A DNA stretch of 12,204 bases from Oculatellaceae cyanobacterium bins.114 (GTDB lineage Bacteria > Cyanobacteriota > Cyanobacteriia > Elainellales > Elainellaceae), in contig JANRJA010000139.1 of assembly GCA_033764315.1 (NCBI GenBank), positions 1 through 12,204 on the forward strand, read 5' to 3'. The translations under genes were made by a program, and so were the position numbers. The notes beneath the pieces were generated by a model. That model made no database searches and was not told the origin of the DNA. It saw only the letters and a program-made list of their open reading frames with translations. This document shows positions 1 through 7,525 of the stretch, in pieces. Numbering within the stretch: position 1 is the stretch's first letter; the number at the start of each line of letters is the position of its first letter.

Positions 1-7
1 CCGACTC

Positions 8-32
8 TCACAACCCATTTAGGATTGCTATA
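8..32 (-). repeat. Probable terminal-inverted-repeat end of a cyanobacterial MITE/IS-like element whose body would lie left of the window
   Basis: Reverse complement TATAGCAATCCTAAATGGGTTGTGA matches 2558-2582 (TGTAGCCGTCCTAAATCATTTGTAA) at 18/25. A TA-TAGC terminus is reminiscent of TA-targeting IS630-type ends (recollection/inference). Confidence 0.45.
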
Positions 33-167
33 TGAGTGTTTCACGAAACGCCCTTATGAGACATTGATGGGTAGCCCAACTTGCTAGAGAGGGTATTAGA
101 AGACCATTTAAAGATTTAACCAAGACACTAATATGTCTTATAGAATAAGTTATACTTATTTGAGCGA

Positions 168-181
168 GTATAATTATATAC
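168..181. promoter_or_regulatory. Candidate NtcA-type box (GTA-N8-TAC) upstream of the hybrid kinase
   Basis: GTA-TAATTATA-TAC at 168-181 is an exact GTAN8TAC. CAGCAT lies 22 nt downstream (204-209, one mismatch to TAN3T) and TAAGAT is at 211-216. AT-rich context makes a chance match possible. Confidence 0.35.
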
Positions 182-371
182 TTCTACGCAAAGGCGACAA
201 GGTCAGCATGTAAGATTAGGGTTGGCAGGCTAGGCTCAAAATTACAGCCTGGTTCGTTTTGAATGACGGTTGCTAAGTCAAGAAACTAAAGTCCTTAGCC
301 AGGTGAGTTTTTGTAAATGAGACTTGCTTATGATTGACAGCTTTAATATTTATCAACAAATGTCTAGTTGA

Positions 372-2534
372 ATGGTCAAACTAAACTCGCTGCGAGTACC
401 AATCACAGTTCTACTTACTATTTTTAGCATTACAGGTTTTCTATATTTAGTCGCTGCAAAAATCCTCTTACATAATTTCGCTCAAGTTGAACGCAACATG
501 ATTCAACGCAATTTACAACGTGTAGAAGGGACTATCGCTCATGATCTGGCTTCACTTCAAACAGAAGCTTATGATTATGCAAGATGGGACGATACTTACA
601 TTTTTATGGCAGACCAAAATGCAAATTATGCTGAGATTAATTGGTCTAATACTGCTCTTGAAAAACTGCAATTAAACATTGTTTCATTGGTCGATGTTTC
701 ATCTCAAATTCTGTTCAAACAAAGCTTTGATTTGCAGCTTCAACAAAATACTACCTTTCCTGAAACCCTAAACCAATCAGGTCAACTCAACAGGGCCTTG
801 GCTCAATATTTTGTGAATGAGACAGGGAGTACTGGGTTAATCATGTTACCTGATGGCCCTTTACTGACAGCGTCTAGCCCAATCTTGACTAGCCAAGAGG
901 AAGGTCCAAGTCGTGGCGCTTTATTACGTTACTTAAATGAGATAGCGGTAAAGCGGTTAGAAGGACTGACTCAAGTATCACTCACCCTGTATTCGGTGCG
1001 GCAATCTCCATTACCAGAGGATGTTCATAAGGCTTATGTCGCTTTGCGCGATCGCTCCATAGACAATTTTATTCAACCCCTCTCTGAGGATCGGGTTGCA
1101 GGCTACATTCTGTTAGACGATGTGTTTGAGCAACCTGCTCTCATTGTGCGAGTAGATACGGCAAGAACGATCTATCAGCAGGGTCAATTAAGCTTGCGCT
1201 ATTTGGGAGCATCCCTTTTACTGGTTGGGCTAATTGCTGGAATCGCAATTCATGAGTTGTTGAGACGATCAATGCAATCGATGATAGTCGAGCGCGATCG
1301 CCAACAACTGGCTGAGATCAACGAAAAATTAGAATACCTGGTTGAGCAGCGGACAACTGAATTGCGTGAACAAACGATCGCGTTACAGGCTAGCAAAGAA
1401 GCCGCAGAAGTGGCGAGTCAGGCTAAGAGTGAGTTTCTTGCCAATATGAGTCATGAGCTTCGGACTCCTATGACTGCTGTTTTGGGTTATGCAGACATTC
1501 TTACTAGTACTGATCTCACCACTGAACAAAAAAAATATATTCAGCATATTAGTCAGAGTGGTAACAGTTTGCTAACCATCATTAACGACATCTTAGACTT
1601 ATCTAAATTAGAAGCTGGAACTCTCAAGTTGGACGCGCAGCCCTTTGTTTTACAAGATCTGATTGATAACCTTATTCAACTCTTTCAACACAAAGCATCT
1701 AACAAAAAACTTCTACTAAAATCTGCTGTTGCACCAACTGTTCCCTATGCCTGTGTGGGCTCGTTTGATCGATTGCAACAAGTCTTAATTAATCTCGTTA
1801 GTAATGCCATTAAATTTACGATGACCGGGGAAATAGTATTAGGCGTTGATCAAGTGGAACGAGAGGATACTACGGTAAAACTACGATTTAGTGTTCGAGA
1901 TACGGGCATTGGTATTGATACTTCTGATCAAGAGCGCATATTTGAATCGTTTACTCAAGTAGATTCATCCTATAGCCGAACCTATGAAGGAACAGGGTTG
2001 GGACTCTCTATTTGCCGAAAAATTGTGCAGTTAATGGAGGGAGAAATTGGAGTCGAGAGTGCTTTAGGGCAAGGATCTACCTTCTGGTTCGCAGTTGTCC
2101 TTCAACCGTGCACGTCTTTAGATCGTGACTCTGCTGTTGCCGCCCCACCGACGGTCGATGCTTTGCCCTCCCCCGCTCGAATTTTAGTAGTTGAAGACGT
2201 CGAGGTGAACCGAGTTTTACTCAAACAAGTGTTGCGGCGTCTGGGCTATCAATGTGATTTGGCTAGTGATGGGCAGCAGGCTCTCGAACAACTGGCTCGA
2301 CAACCCTATGATCTAGTGCTGATGGATTGTCAAATGCCTGTGTTAGATGGGTATGAAACAACCCGTCGGTGGCGACAACAGGACGATCGATCGTCTCAAA
2401 CCATTATAGTTGGCATCACTGCTCATGCAATGTCGGGCGATCGCGAAAAGTGTTTAGCGGCTGGCATGGATGACTACATCAGCAAACCGTTTCAAGTCCA
2501 ACATTTAGACACTCTCTTAAAGCGGTGGTTATAA
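372..2534 (+). CDS. Membrane-bound hybrid sensor histidine kinase/response regulator (TM - CHASE4-like periplasmic sensor - TM - HisKA - HATPase_c - REC)
   Basis: 720 aa with two hydrophobic segments flanking a domain with [11 protein letters not shown] (CHASE4-like). H-box [17 protein letters not shown]-box [18 protein letters not shown]1 VRDTGIGI, F-box IFESFTQ, G2 GTGLGLSI. Receiver ILVVED...[14 protein letters not shown]...TAHA...YISKPF. Confidence 0.95.
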   Translation: MVKLNSLRVPITVLLTIFSITGFLYLVAAKILLHNFAQVERNMIQRNLQRVEGTIAHDLASLQTEAYDYARWDDTYIFMADQNANYAEINWSNTALEKLQLNIVSLVDVSSQILFKQSFDLQLQQNTTFPETLNQSGQLNRALAQYFVNETGSTGLIMLPDGPLLTASSPILTSQEEGPSRGALLRYLNEIAVKRLEGLTQVSLTLYSVRQSPLPEDVHKAYVALRDRSIDNFIQPLSEDRVAGYILLDDVFEQPALIVRVDTARTIYQQGQLSLRYLGASLLLVGLIAGIAIHELLRRSMQSMIVERDRQQLAEINEKLEYLVEQRTTELREQTIALQASKEAAEVASQAKSEFLANMSHELRTPMTAVLGYADILTSTDLTTEQKKYIQHISQSGNSLLTIINDILDLSKLEAGTLKLDAQPFVLQDLIDNLIQLFQHKASNKKLLLKSAVAPTVPYACVGSFDRLQQVLINLVSNAIKFTMTGEIVLGVDQVEREDTTVKLRFSVRDTGIGIDTSDQERIFESFTQVDSSYSRTYEGTGLGLSICRKIVQLMEGEIGVESALGQGSTFWFAVVLQPCTSLDRDSAVAAPPTVDALPSPARILVVEDVEVNRVLLKQVLRRLGYQCDLASDGQQALEQLARQPYDLVLMDCQMPVLDGYETTRRWRQQDDRSSQTIIVGITAHAMSGDREKCLAAGMDDYISKPFQVQHLDTLLKRWL

Positions 2535-2557
2535 CGCATTACCAACTCTTGAGTGGC

Positions 2558-2582
2558 TGTAGCCGTCCTAAATCATTTGTAA
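2558..2582 (+). repeat. Solo MITE/IS-like terminal repeat, same family as 8-32
   Basis: TGTAGCCGTCCTAAATCATTTGTAA, 18/25 identical to the reverse complement of 8-32. No partner end is visible in the same intergenic region. Confidence 0.4.
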
Positions 2583-2592
2583 AAATTGACCT

Positions 2593-2613
2593 GTCATTGG
2601 TTATTGGTCATTG
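2593..2613 (+). repeat. STRR2-type heptamer tandem repeat (GTCATTG/GTTATTG x3)
   Basis: GTCATTG GTTATTG GTCATTG, a circular permutation of the cyanobacterial STRR2 heptamer TT(G/T)GTCA. Confidence 0.7.
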
Positions 2614-2666
2614 ATTTGTAATAGGTAACCCAATGTGCAATTTTCTGAAACTCCCGCCAAGTCTGA

Positions 2667-2965
2667 CCCTCATCCTAGCCCTCTCCTACAGGAACTACCG
2701 TGTACACACAAATCCTCTTAGCTCCCTAATTCTCCTAACTTTGGGGACTTTGAGCCTTTGCCAAGGGTCTTGCCCCATCCGAACTTGGAATCGATGCGAA
2801 GCGCGTCTTTGGGGGAACCGAGACACTGTCTGCTAGGGGGTTTGGGGAGTCTCCCCCAATGCCTGGTTTTCAAACGCTTGCAACAACCCTGTACCTAATC
2901 TGGGAGGAAACAGAGATAGTAGTCTAAAGGGGGAGGGAACTAGATTTTAGCTCTAGGGATGAGGG
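2667..2965. mobile_element. Nested REP/MITE-like palindromic repeat mosaic (non-coding, no transposase)
   Basis: Outer inverted repeat CCCTCATCCTAG (2667-2678) / CTAGGGATGAGGG (2953-2965). Direct repeat GGAACTA at 2691-2697 and 2936-2942. Inner imperfect inverted ends AAGGGTCTTGC (2763-2773) / GCAACAACCCTG (2880-2891). Internal near-palindrome TTGGGGAGTCTCCCCCAA (about 2842-2859). Confidence 0.55.
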
Positions 2966-3045
2966 AAAGCATACTTGCATGCAACAACGCCAAAGTTGCT
3001 GTAGTTCGCATCAGTAGACTTGGGACTTTTTCTAGAAAAAAAGAG

Positions 3046-5352
3046 CTATCGAAAACAAGCCAATCGTTGTATTAGCGGCGTGCGAAGAGTAGGAGTTTGA
3101 ATCGTTTGCGCGACGTGCAAGGCTCGATCATACTGCCCGACATCTGCATACTTCAGCGCGATCGCCTCTAAAAAACTGCCCCGATCAAAGGGGTCATCCA
3201 CAACCAGATCTGAGCGAACTGCGATCGTGCGAACTTCTGCTCCTGGAATCGTTTTAGCCGTCTCAAAAGCTTGGGCAAGAATGGCAGTTGCCTGCTCCAG
3301 ATTACCATCCGCTATAGAGTGGTTAGCAACTTCTACTAAAAATCGGGTTTTGTCTTCTGGAGTCGAGAGCGCATTAGCCGCCCGAACCGCACTGTCAAAT
3401 TGTTCCGCTTCAATGAGTCGATTCACAATGTCCGTCATGATCCACGATCGCCCACTATCTTCAGGAATGGTGCTTGCGATTTGAACAGCATACTCATATT
3501 GTCCGGCGTTGATGTATTGCTCAATCATTTGCTGGAGTTGATAAACTCTGCCAGTGGCATCCGCTTGTCTCGCGATTTGCATTGCCTGCGATCGCAACTG
3601 AGCGGCTCGATCTGCTTGTCCTAATCGGGCATATTGAATGGCCAGAGTCGTCAATCCATCTGACTTCTGACTATTGGTTAAGCGATTTGCAATTTGCAGA
3701 GCCTGTGCTAACAAACCATTGGCGCGGTTGCGATCACCCCGACTTACAGCTTGTTCAGCGATCGCGACCAGGGTTCTCACCTGATAGGGATAGCTGCCCT
3801 CATTGGTGATGCGTTGAAACAGTTGCATCGCTTGATCAAACTGCCCTGCTTTGGCATAGCCCACAGCGATATCCCGAAATCCTTGATTGCGGGGGTCAGT
3901 CCAGGTGGCAGGCAATGACTCAGTGGCTTGTAGGGCTATCCTAAATTCTCCTGCCGCTGCCGCTTGTAGAGCGATGCGTCCTATGACACTGTATTTGTCG
4001 GTAAAGGGACCATCATCTGGTAACGATTGGGTGATTTGTAGGGCGATCGCAAACTGTTTGACCCGTAGATGAGCCTCAATCAATTGACTGATTAATCCGC
4101 TTTGCAACGACCAATTGTTGACCTGTCTTGCTGCTTCTAGCCCTTGGGCAACCAGTGTTGTAGCTCGATTAGCATCTGTTTCTAAAGCGGCTAGATTGAT
4201 TAGCGTTTGGGCTTTGGTCTCGGGGTCAGTGATCAGATTGACAAGGGACAATGCGCCTGTGGGGTAGCCTGATGCCTCAGCATAAATCTGAGCCATTCTA
4301 GACAGAATACCGCCCCTAAGACCAGGATTTGATTCGGTTTGAGCTGTGGCGATCGCCCGATTCAGCAAATTCTGTGACTGCTCGCTGGCTCCCACCCGCA
4401 CAAAGACTCCGGCAAATCGAGCCAGGGTCGTCGCTCTAATCTCTCGATGCGTGATGCGCTCAGCCAATTGCAACGCTGCATCGATTTGATTGGCTTCAGC
4501 ATAGGCACCGACAATAGCGGCGATCGCCTCATTGCGAGCATAAGACGATGCTTCATCTGTATCTGAGATCAGTTGCGCTACTTGAATCGCCCGATCAAAT
4601 TGCCCTGCTTTAGCATAAGTAATAGCAATGGGTTGCAAAATCCAGGCGCGTCGTAGTGGATTAGGGTGCTGCACCTGTTGGGCAAATTGAAACGACTGAT
4701 CCAACAGGGTGATGGTTTGAGTGCGATCGCCCAGATTGGCATATTGTTGAGCGATCGCTGTGAGGGCCTTGGTCTGAAACTCTGCCCCTTGTAGAAACCG
4801 AGCAGATTGAACGGCTTGAGCCAAGATTCCGGTTGCCTGCTGAGGTTGCTCTAAAGTGATGTAATGCTTTGCTACGGATGTCAATGCCTGTGTCTTAATC
4901 GCACTGTAAGCCGTTGGTAAGGTCTGTGCGATTTGCAGGGTCAGGGGTAAGGCTGATAGCCCTGCATTGGGTTTCTGCAACGCCACTGATTGATCGACCA
5001 AGACTTGCAAAATCCCGGTCGCGGAGTCTTCTGTAACAGCCCGCATGATCTCGGCTCTAACTCGCAGATCGGGCGATCGCTGAATTAATTGCAATGCTCG
5101 TATGAGAGCCTGTGCCGCTTGTTCAGGTTTTCCAGTTTGGGCAAAAGTGCGGCTGCGTTCTATCCATTCGCGGGCGGCTGTCTCTGTCACCTGATTGCGT
5201 TGCTGATTACACTGAGCACCCGATGCTTGAGGGGTCGTGGCTTGGGCGACAAACGTTGATTGATTGAGGGCTAACACCATTGGACTCAAGGAACCAACGT
5301 AGAGGACGGTTCCCAAGCAACCTAAAAGTTGCTTTGCCAAATTTGAGTTCAT
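3046..5352 (-). CDS. Secreted tetratricopeptide/TPR-like alpha-helical repeat (solenoid) protein
   Basis: 768 aa, Ala/Gln/Leu-rich, with recurring helix-pair repeats such as KALTAIAQQYANLG, YAKAGQFDRAIQVAQLI, YAKAGQFDQAMQLFQRI and YADVGQYDRALHVAQTI. Hydrophobic N-terminus with a plausible signal peptidase site (VLA at 26-28 or AQA at 36-38). No catalytic motif recognised. Confidence 0.88.
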   Translation of the reverse strand: MNSNLAKQLLGCLGTVLYVGSLSPMVLALNQSTFVAQATTPQASGAQCNQQRNQVTETAAREWIERSRTFAQTGKPEQAAQALIRALQLIQRSPDLRVRAEIMRAVTEDSATGILQVLVDQSVALQKPNAGLSALPLTLQIAQTLPTAYSAIKTQALTSVAKHYITLEQPQQATGILAQAVQSARFLQGAEFQTKALTAIAQQYANLGDRTQTITLLDQSFQFAQQVQHPNPLRRAWILQPIAITYAKAGQFDRAIQVAQLISDTDEASSYARNEAIAAIVGAYAEANQIDAALQLAERITHREIRATTLARFAGVFVRVGASEQSQNLLNRAIATAQTESNPGLRGGILSRMAQIYAEASGYPTGALSLVNLITDPETKAQTLINLAALETDANRATTLVAQGLEAARQVNNWSLQSGLISQLIEAHLRVKQFAIALQITQSLPDDGPFTDKYSVIGRIALQAAAAGEFRIALQATESLPATWTDPRNQGFRDIAVGYAKAGQFDQAMQLFQRITNEGSYPYQVRTLVAIAEQAVSRGDRNRANGLLAQALQIANRLTNSQKSDGLTTLAIQYARLGQADRAAQLRSQAMQIARQADATGRVYQLQQMIEQYINAGQYEYAVQIASTIPEDSGRSWIMTDIVNRLIEAEQFDSAVRAANALSTPEDKTRFLVEVANHSIADGNLEQATAILAQAFETAKTIPGAEVRTIAVRSDLVVDDPFDRGSFLEAIALKYADVGQYDRALHVAQTIQTPTLRTPLIQRLACFR

Positions 5353-5578
5353 ATGAGAAAAATTTTGTTACTAACAATACACTTTACAATCCATGTCTAC
5401 AGTTTGTTATGACAGCTTTTCGTCCTGAGAGTGCCGCTACTGTCATCAATCTTTCTTTTGTTTACCATCGATATCACAACTGTCTTTCAATCGCAGCAAT
5501 TTTACCCGATTTACCTGCCTACGCTATCCTGGTACCTGGTATCGTTTGCAACCCACTTCAGAATCTCGGGTTTTCTCC

Positions 5579-7192
5579 ATGCGTCACAGTTTGCTTGTTG
5601 CGTTACAAACCTCCTTTTGGCACTTCTTTCGATTCCTTAAGTTAGTGGTCTGGCGACCCGTTATGACGCGGCGTATGCTTGCAACTGGTTTGCTAACCGT
5701 GATGGTGTGGTGGGCAATACCTCCAGCGATCGCCTCTGCCCGCACAACTGCTCCCCCTGCTAGCTCGATCCAACCCTACATTGATCGGGTACTCGACCGA
5801 ATTACAGAGTTCACTCTAGACAATGGTATGCGGTTCATTGTGATGGAGCGACACCAGGCACCTGTCATCTCGTTTATGACTTATGTCGATGTTGGAGCTG
5901 CCTATGAAGCGGAAGGCAAGACCGGAGCCGCTCACTTTTTAGAACATTTGGCCTTCAAGGGCACAACCCGCATCGGCACGTCTGACTATGAGGCTGAAAC
6001 AGCCTTGCTCGATCGCCTGGATGGATTGTTTGACCAGATTCAAGCGGCCAAAGTAGCAGGGCAGCAAGAAGAGGTTGCCAAACTTCAAGAAGAATTCGAC
6101 ACGATTCGGGCTGAGGCGTCGAGATACGTCAAGCAAAACGAGATGGGGCAGATTGTCGAACAAGCCGGAGGAGTGGGGCTGAATGCTACTACCTCAGCGG
6201 ATGCAACCCGTTATTTCTACAGCTTTCCGGCTAATAAGCTGGAACTCTGGATGTCGCTGGAGTCAGAACGCTTTTTGGAACCTGTTTTTCGCGAATTTTA
6301 TGAAGAAAAAGAGGTGATTTTAGAGGAGCGACGCATGCGAACTGATAACTCACCCATTGGCAAGATGATCGAGCAGTTCTTAGAAACAGCGTTTCCAGGA
6401 CACCCCTATGGTCGCCCCATCATCGGTTATGAGTCAGACATTCGCAATCTGCGTCGTTCCGATATTCGAGACTTTTTTGAAACCTATTACACGCCATCCC
6501 ATATGATCGCGGCTGTGGTTGGAGATGTTGATCCGGATCAGGTGAAGCGGCTCGCTAGACGCTACTTTGGGCGTTATCACGCTCGTTCTGAAGCTCCTGA
6601 AGTTGAGGCTGTTGCCCCTACCCAAACTGAGCCTCGTGAAGTCACACTACGGTTGCCAACCCAACCCTGGTATTTAGAGGGATATCAACGCCCTTCTATT
6701 CAAGATCCAGATAATTTGGTCTATCAAATCATTGCGGCCTTGTTCACCAGCGGGCGCACTTCAAGGATGTACAAATCCCTGGTCGAAGAACAGCAGTTGG
6801 CATTGAGTATTCAAGCCTCTAATGGGTTTCCGGGCGATCGCTATCCCACGATGATGCTGATCTATGCGCTGACGGCTCCAGGTCACACGGTTGAAGAAGT
6901 GGCGGCTGCGATGGATACCGAAATTCAACGGCTTAAAACTGAACCCGTCTCTCCCCAAGAACTCGATCGAATCAAGACCCAGGCACGGGCAGGGCTACTA
7001 GAACTTTTGGCATCCAATCAGGGGATGGCAAGCCTCTTACCAGAATATGAAGCCAACACAGGCGACTGGCGCAACCTATTTGAAGACCTCCGCAAATTTG
7101 AAGCCATCACCGCCGAAGACGTGCAACGAGTCGCTCAAACGACCTTCGTCCCCGAAAAGCTAACGATTGGCAAACTGTTGCCAACAGAGTAA
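5579..7192 (+). CDS. M16 family (pitrilysin/insulinase-like, M16B) zinc metallopeptidase, catalytic subunit, probably exported
   Basis: FTLDNGMRFIV, inverted zinc motif GAAHFLEHLAFKGT (HXXEH at 5933-5947), LNATTS, EKEVILEERRMR, HPYGRPIIG. Signal-like TRRMLATGLLTVMVWWAIPPAIASA. Start uncertain: TTG 5546, ATG 5579 or ATG 5663. Confidence 0.93.
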   Translation: MRHSLLVALQTSFWHFFRFLKLVVWRPVMTRRMLATGLLTVMVWWAIPPAIASARTTAPPASSIQPYIDRVLDRITEFTLDNGMRFIVMERHQAPVISFMTYVDVGAAYEAEGKTGAAHFLEHLAFKGTTRIGTSDYEAETALLDRLDGLFDQIQAAKVAGQQEEVAKLQEEFDTIRAEASRYVKQNEMGQIVEQAGGVGLNATTSADATRYFYSFPANKLELWMSLESERFLEPVFREFYEEKEVILEERRMRTDNSPIGKMIEQFLETAFPGHPYGRPIIGYESDIRNLRRSDIRDFFETYYTPSHMIAAVVGDVDPDQVKRLARRYFGRYHARSEAPEVEAVAPTQTEPREVTLRLPTQPWYLEGYQRPSIQDPDNLVYQIIAALFTSGRTSRMYKSLVEEQQLALSIQASNGFPGDRYPTMMLIYALTAPGHTVEEVAAAMDTEIQRLKTEPVSPQELDRIKTQARAGLLELLASNQGMASLLPEYEANTGDWRNLFEDLRKFEAITAEDVQRVAQTTFVPEKLTIGKLLPTE

Positions 7193-7218
7193 GCAGAAGT
7201 CAATTGCCTCTTCACAGG

Positions 7219-7260
7219 GGCATTGGTCATTAGTCAATTGTTATTGGTCAATGGTTAGTA
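7219..7260 (+). repeat. STRR2-type degenerate heptamer array (6 units)
   Basis: GGCATTG GTCATTA GTCAATT GTTATTG GTCAATG GTTAGTA in 7-bp register, starting 27 bp after the peptidase stop codon. Confidence 0.75.
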
Positions 7261-7306
7261 GTTTGGAGCAGGGGTTAAGGGGGTGTGATAATACTCTATT
7301 TCCCCA

Positions 7307-7469
7307 CTCAAACCCCCGACTTCGACAGGCTCAGCCAACTCAAACCTCAAACCCCCGACTTCGACAGGCTCAGCCACCTACACTCAAAACTTAAAACTCA
7401 AAATTCAAAATTCAAACCTCAAACCTCAAACCTCAAACCCCCGGCTTCAGAAGGCTCAGCCACCTACAC
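7307..7469 (+). repeat. Composite repeat: three copies of a 31-bp REP-like unit interleaved with a YTCAAAM heptamer array
   Basis: CTCAAACCCCCGACTTCGACAGGCTCAGCCA at 7307-7337 and 7346-7376 (identical) and 7432-7462 (27/31). Eight heptamers (CTCAAAA/CTTAAAA/TTCAAAA/TTCAAAC/CTCAAAC) run 7383-7438. Confidence 0.9.
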
Positions 7470-7525
7470 CCATCCCTAACTCAACCCTCAACCCTCTCCT
7501 CCCCACCCACCTTCTCTTCTTGGCT

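Noticed and set aside
2633..2836. 67-aa ORF in the kinase-TPR intergenic region
   Set aside because: It runs through the nested palindromic repeats and has no recognisable protein features.
3027..3040. Perfect palindrome TTTTTCTAGAAAAA just past the TPR stop codon as an intrinsic terminator
   Set aside because: The stem is almost all A/T with no GC-rich core, too weak to call a terminator.
5405..5580. Glycine-riboswitch-like words on the minus strand (GGAGA, CTGAAG, CAGGTACCAGGA, CTCTCAGG) and TPP-like CTGAGA on the plus strand
   Set aside because: The words are not in the spacing or pairing needed (no GAAG/CTYTCAGG helix within one aptamer, no TPP core), and the adjacent genes are unrelated to these ligands. 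An Rfam cmscan would settle it.
7307..7462. CRISPR mini-array (three 31-bp direct repeats)
   Set aside because: The intervening sequences are 8 and 55 bp and consist of the same CTCAAAM heptamers rather than unique spacers of uniform length. No leader or cas genes are in the window.
7167..7479. Short ORFs 7167-7394 and 7285-7479 with repeated peptides (SNPRLRQAQP, QTPDFDRLS) that could look like RiPP precursors beside a peptidase
   Set aside because: The repeats appear in two different frames and simply translate the DNA repeat and 7-bp microsatellite. Starts are TTG/GTG and no modification enzymes are nearby. Ribosome profiling would be needed to revive this idea.
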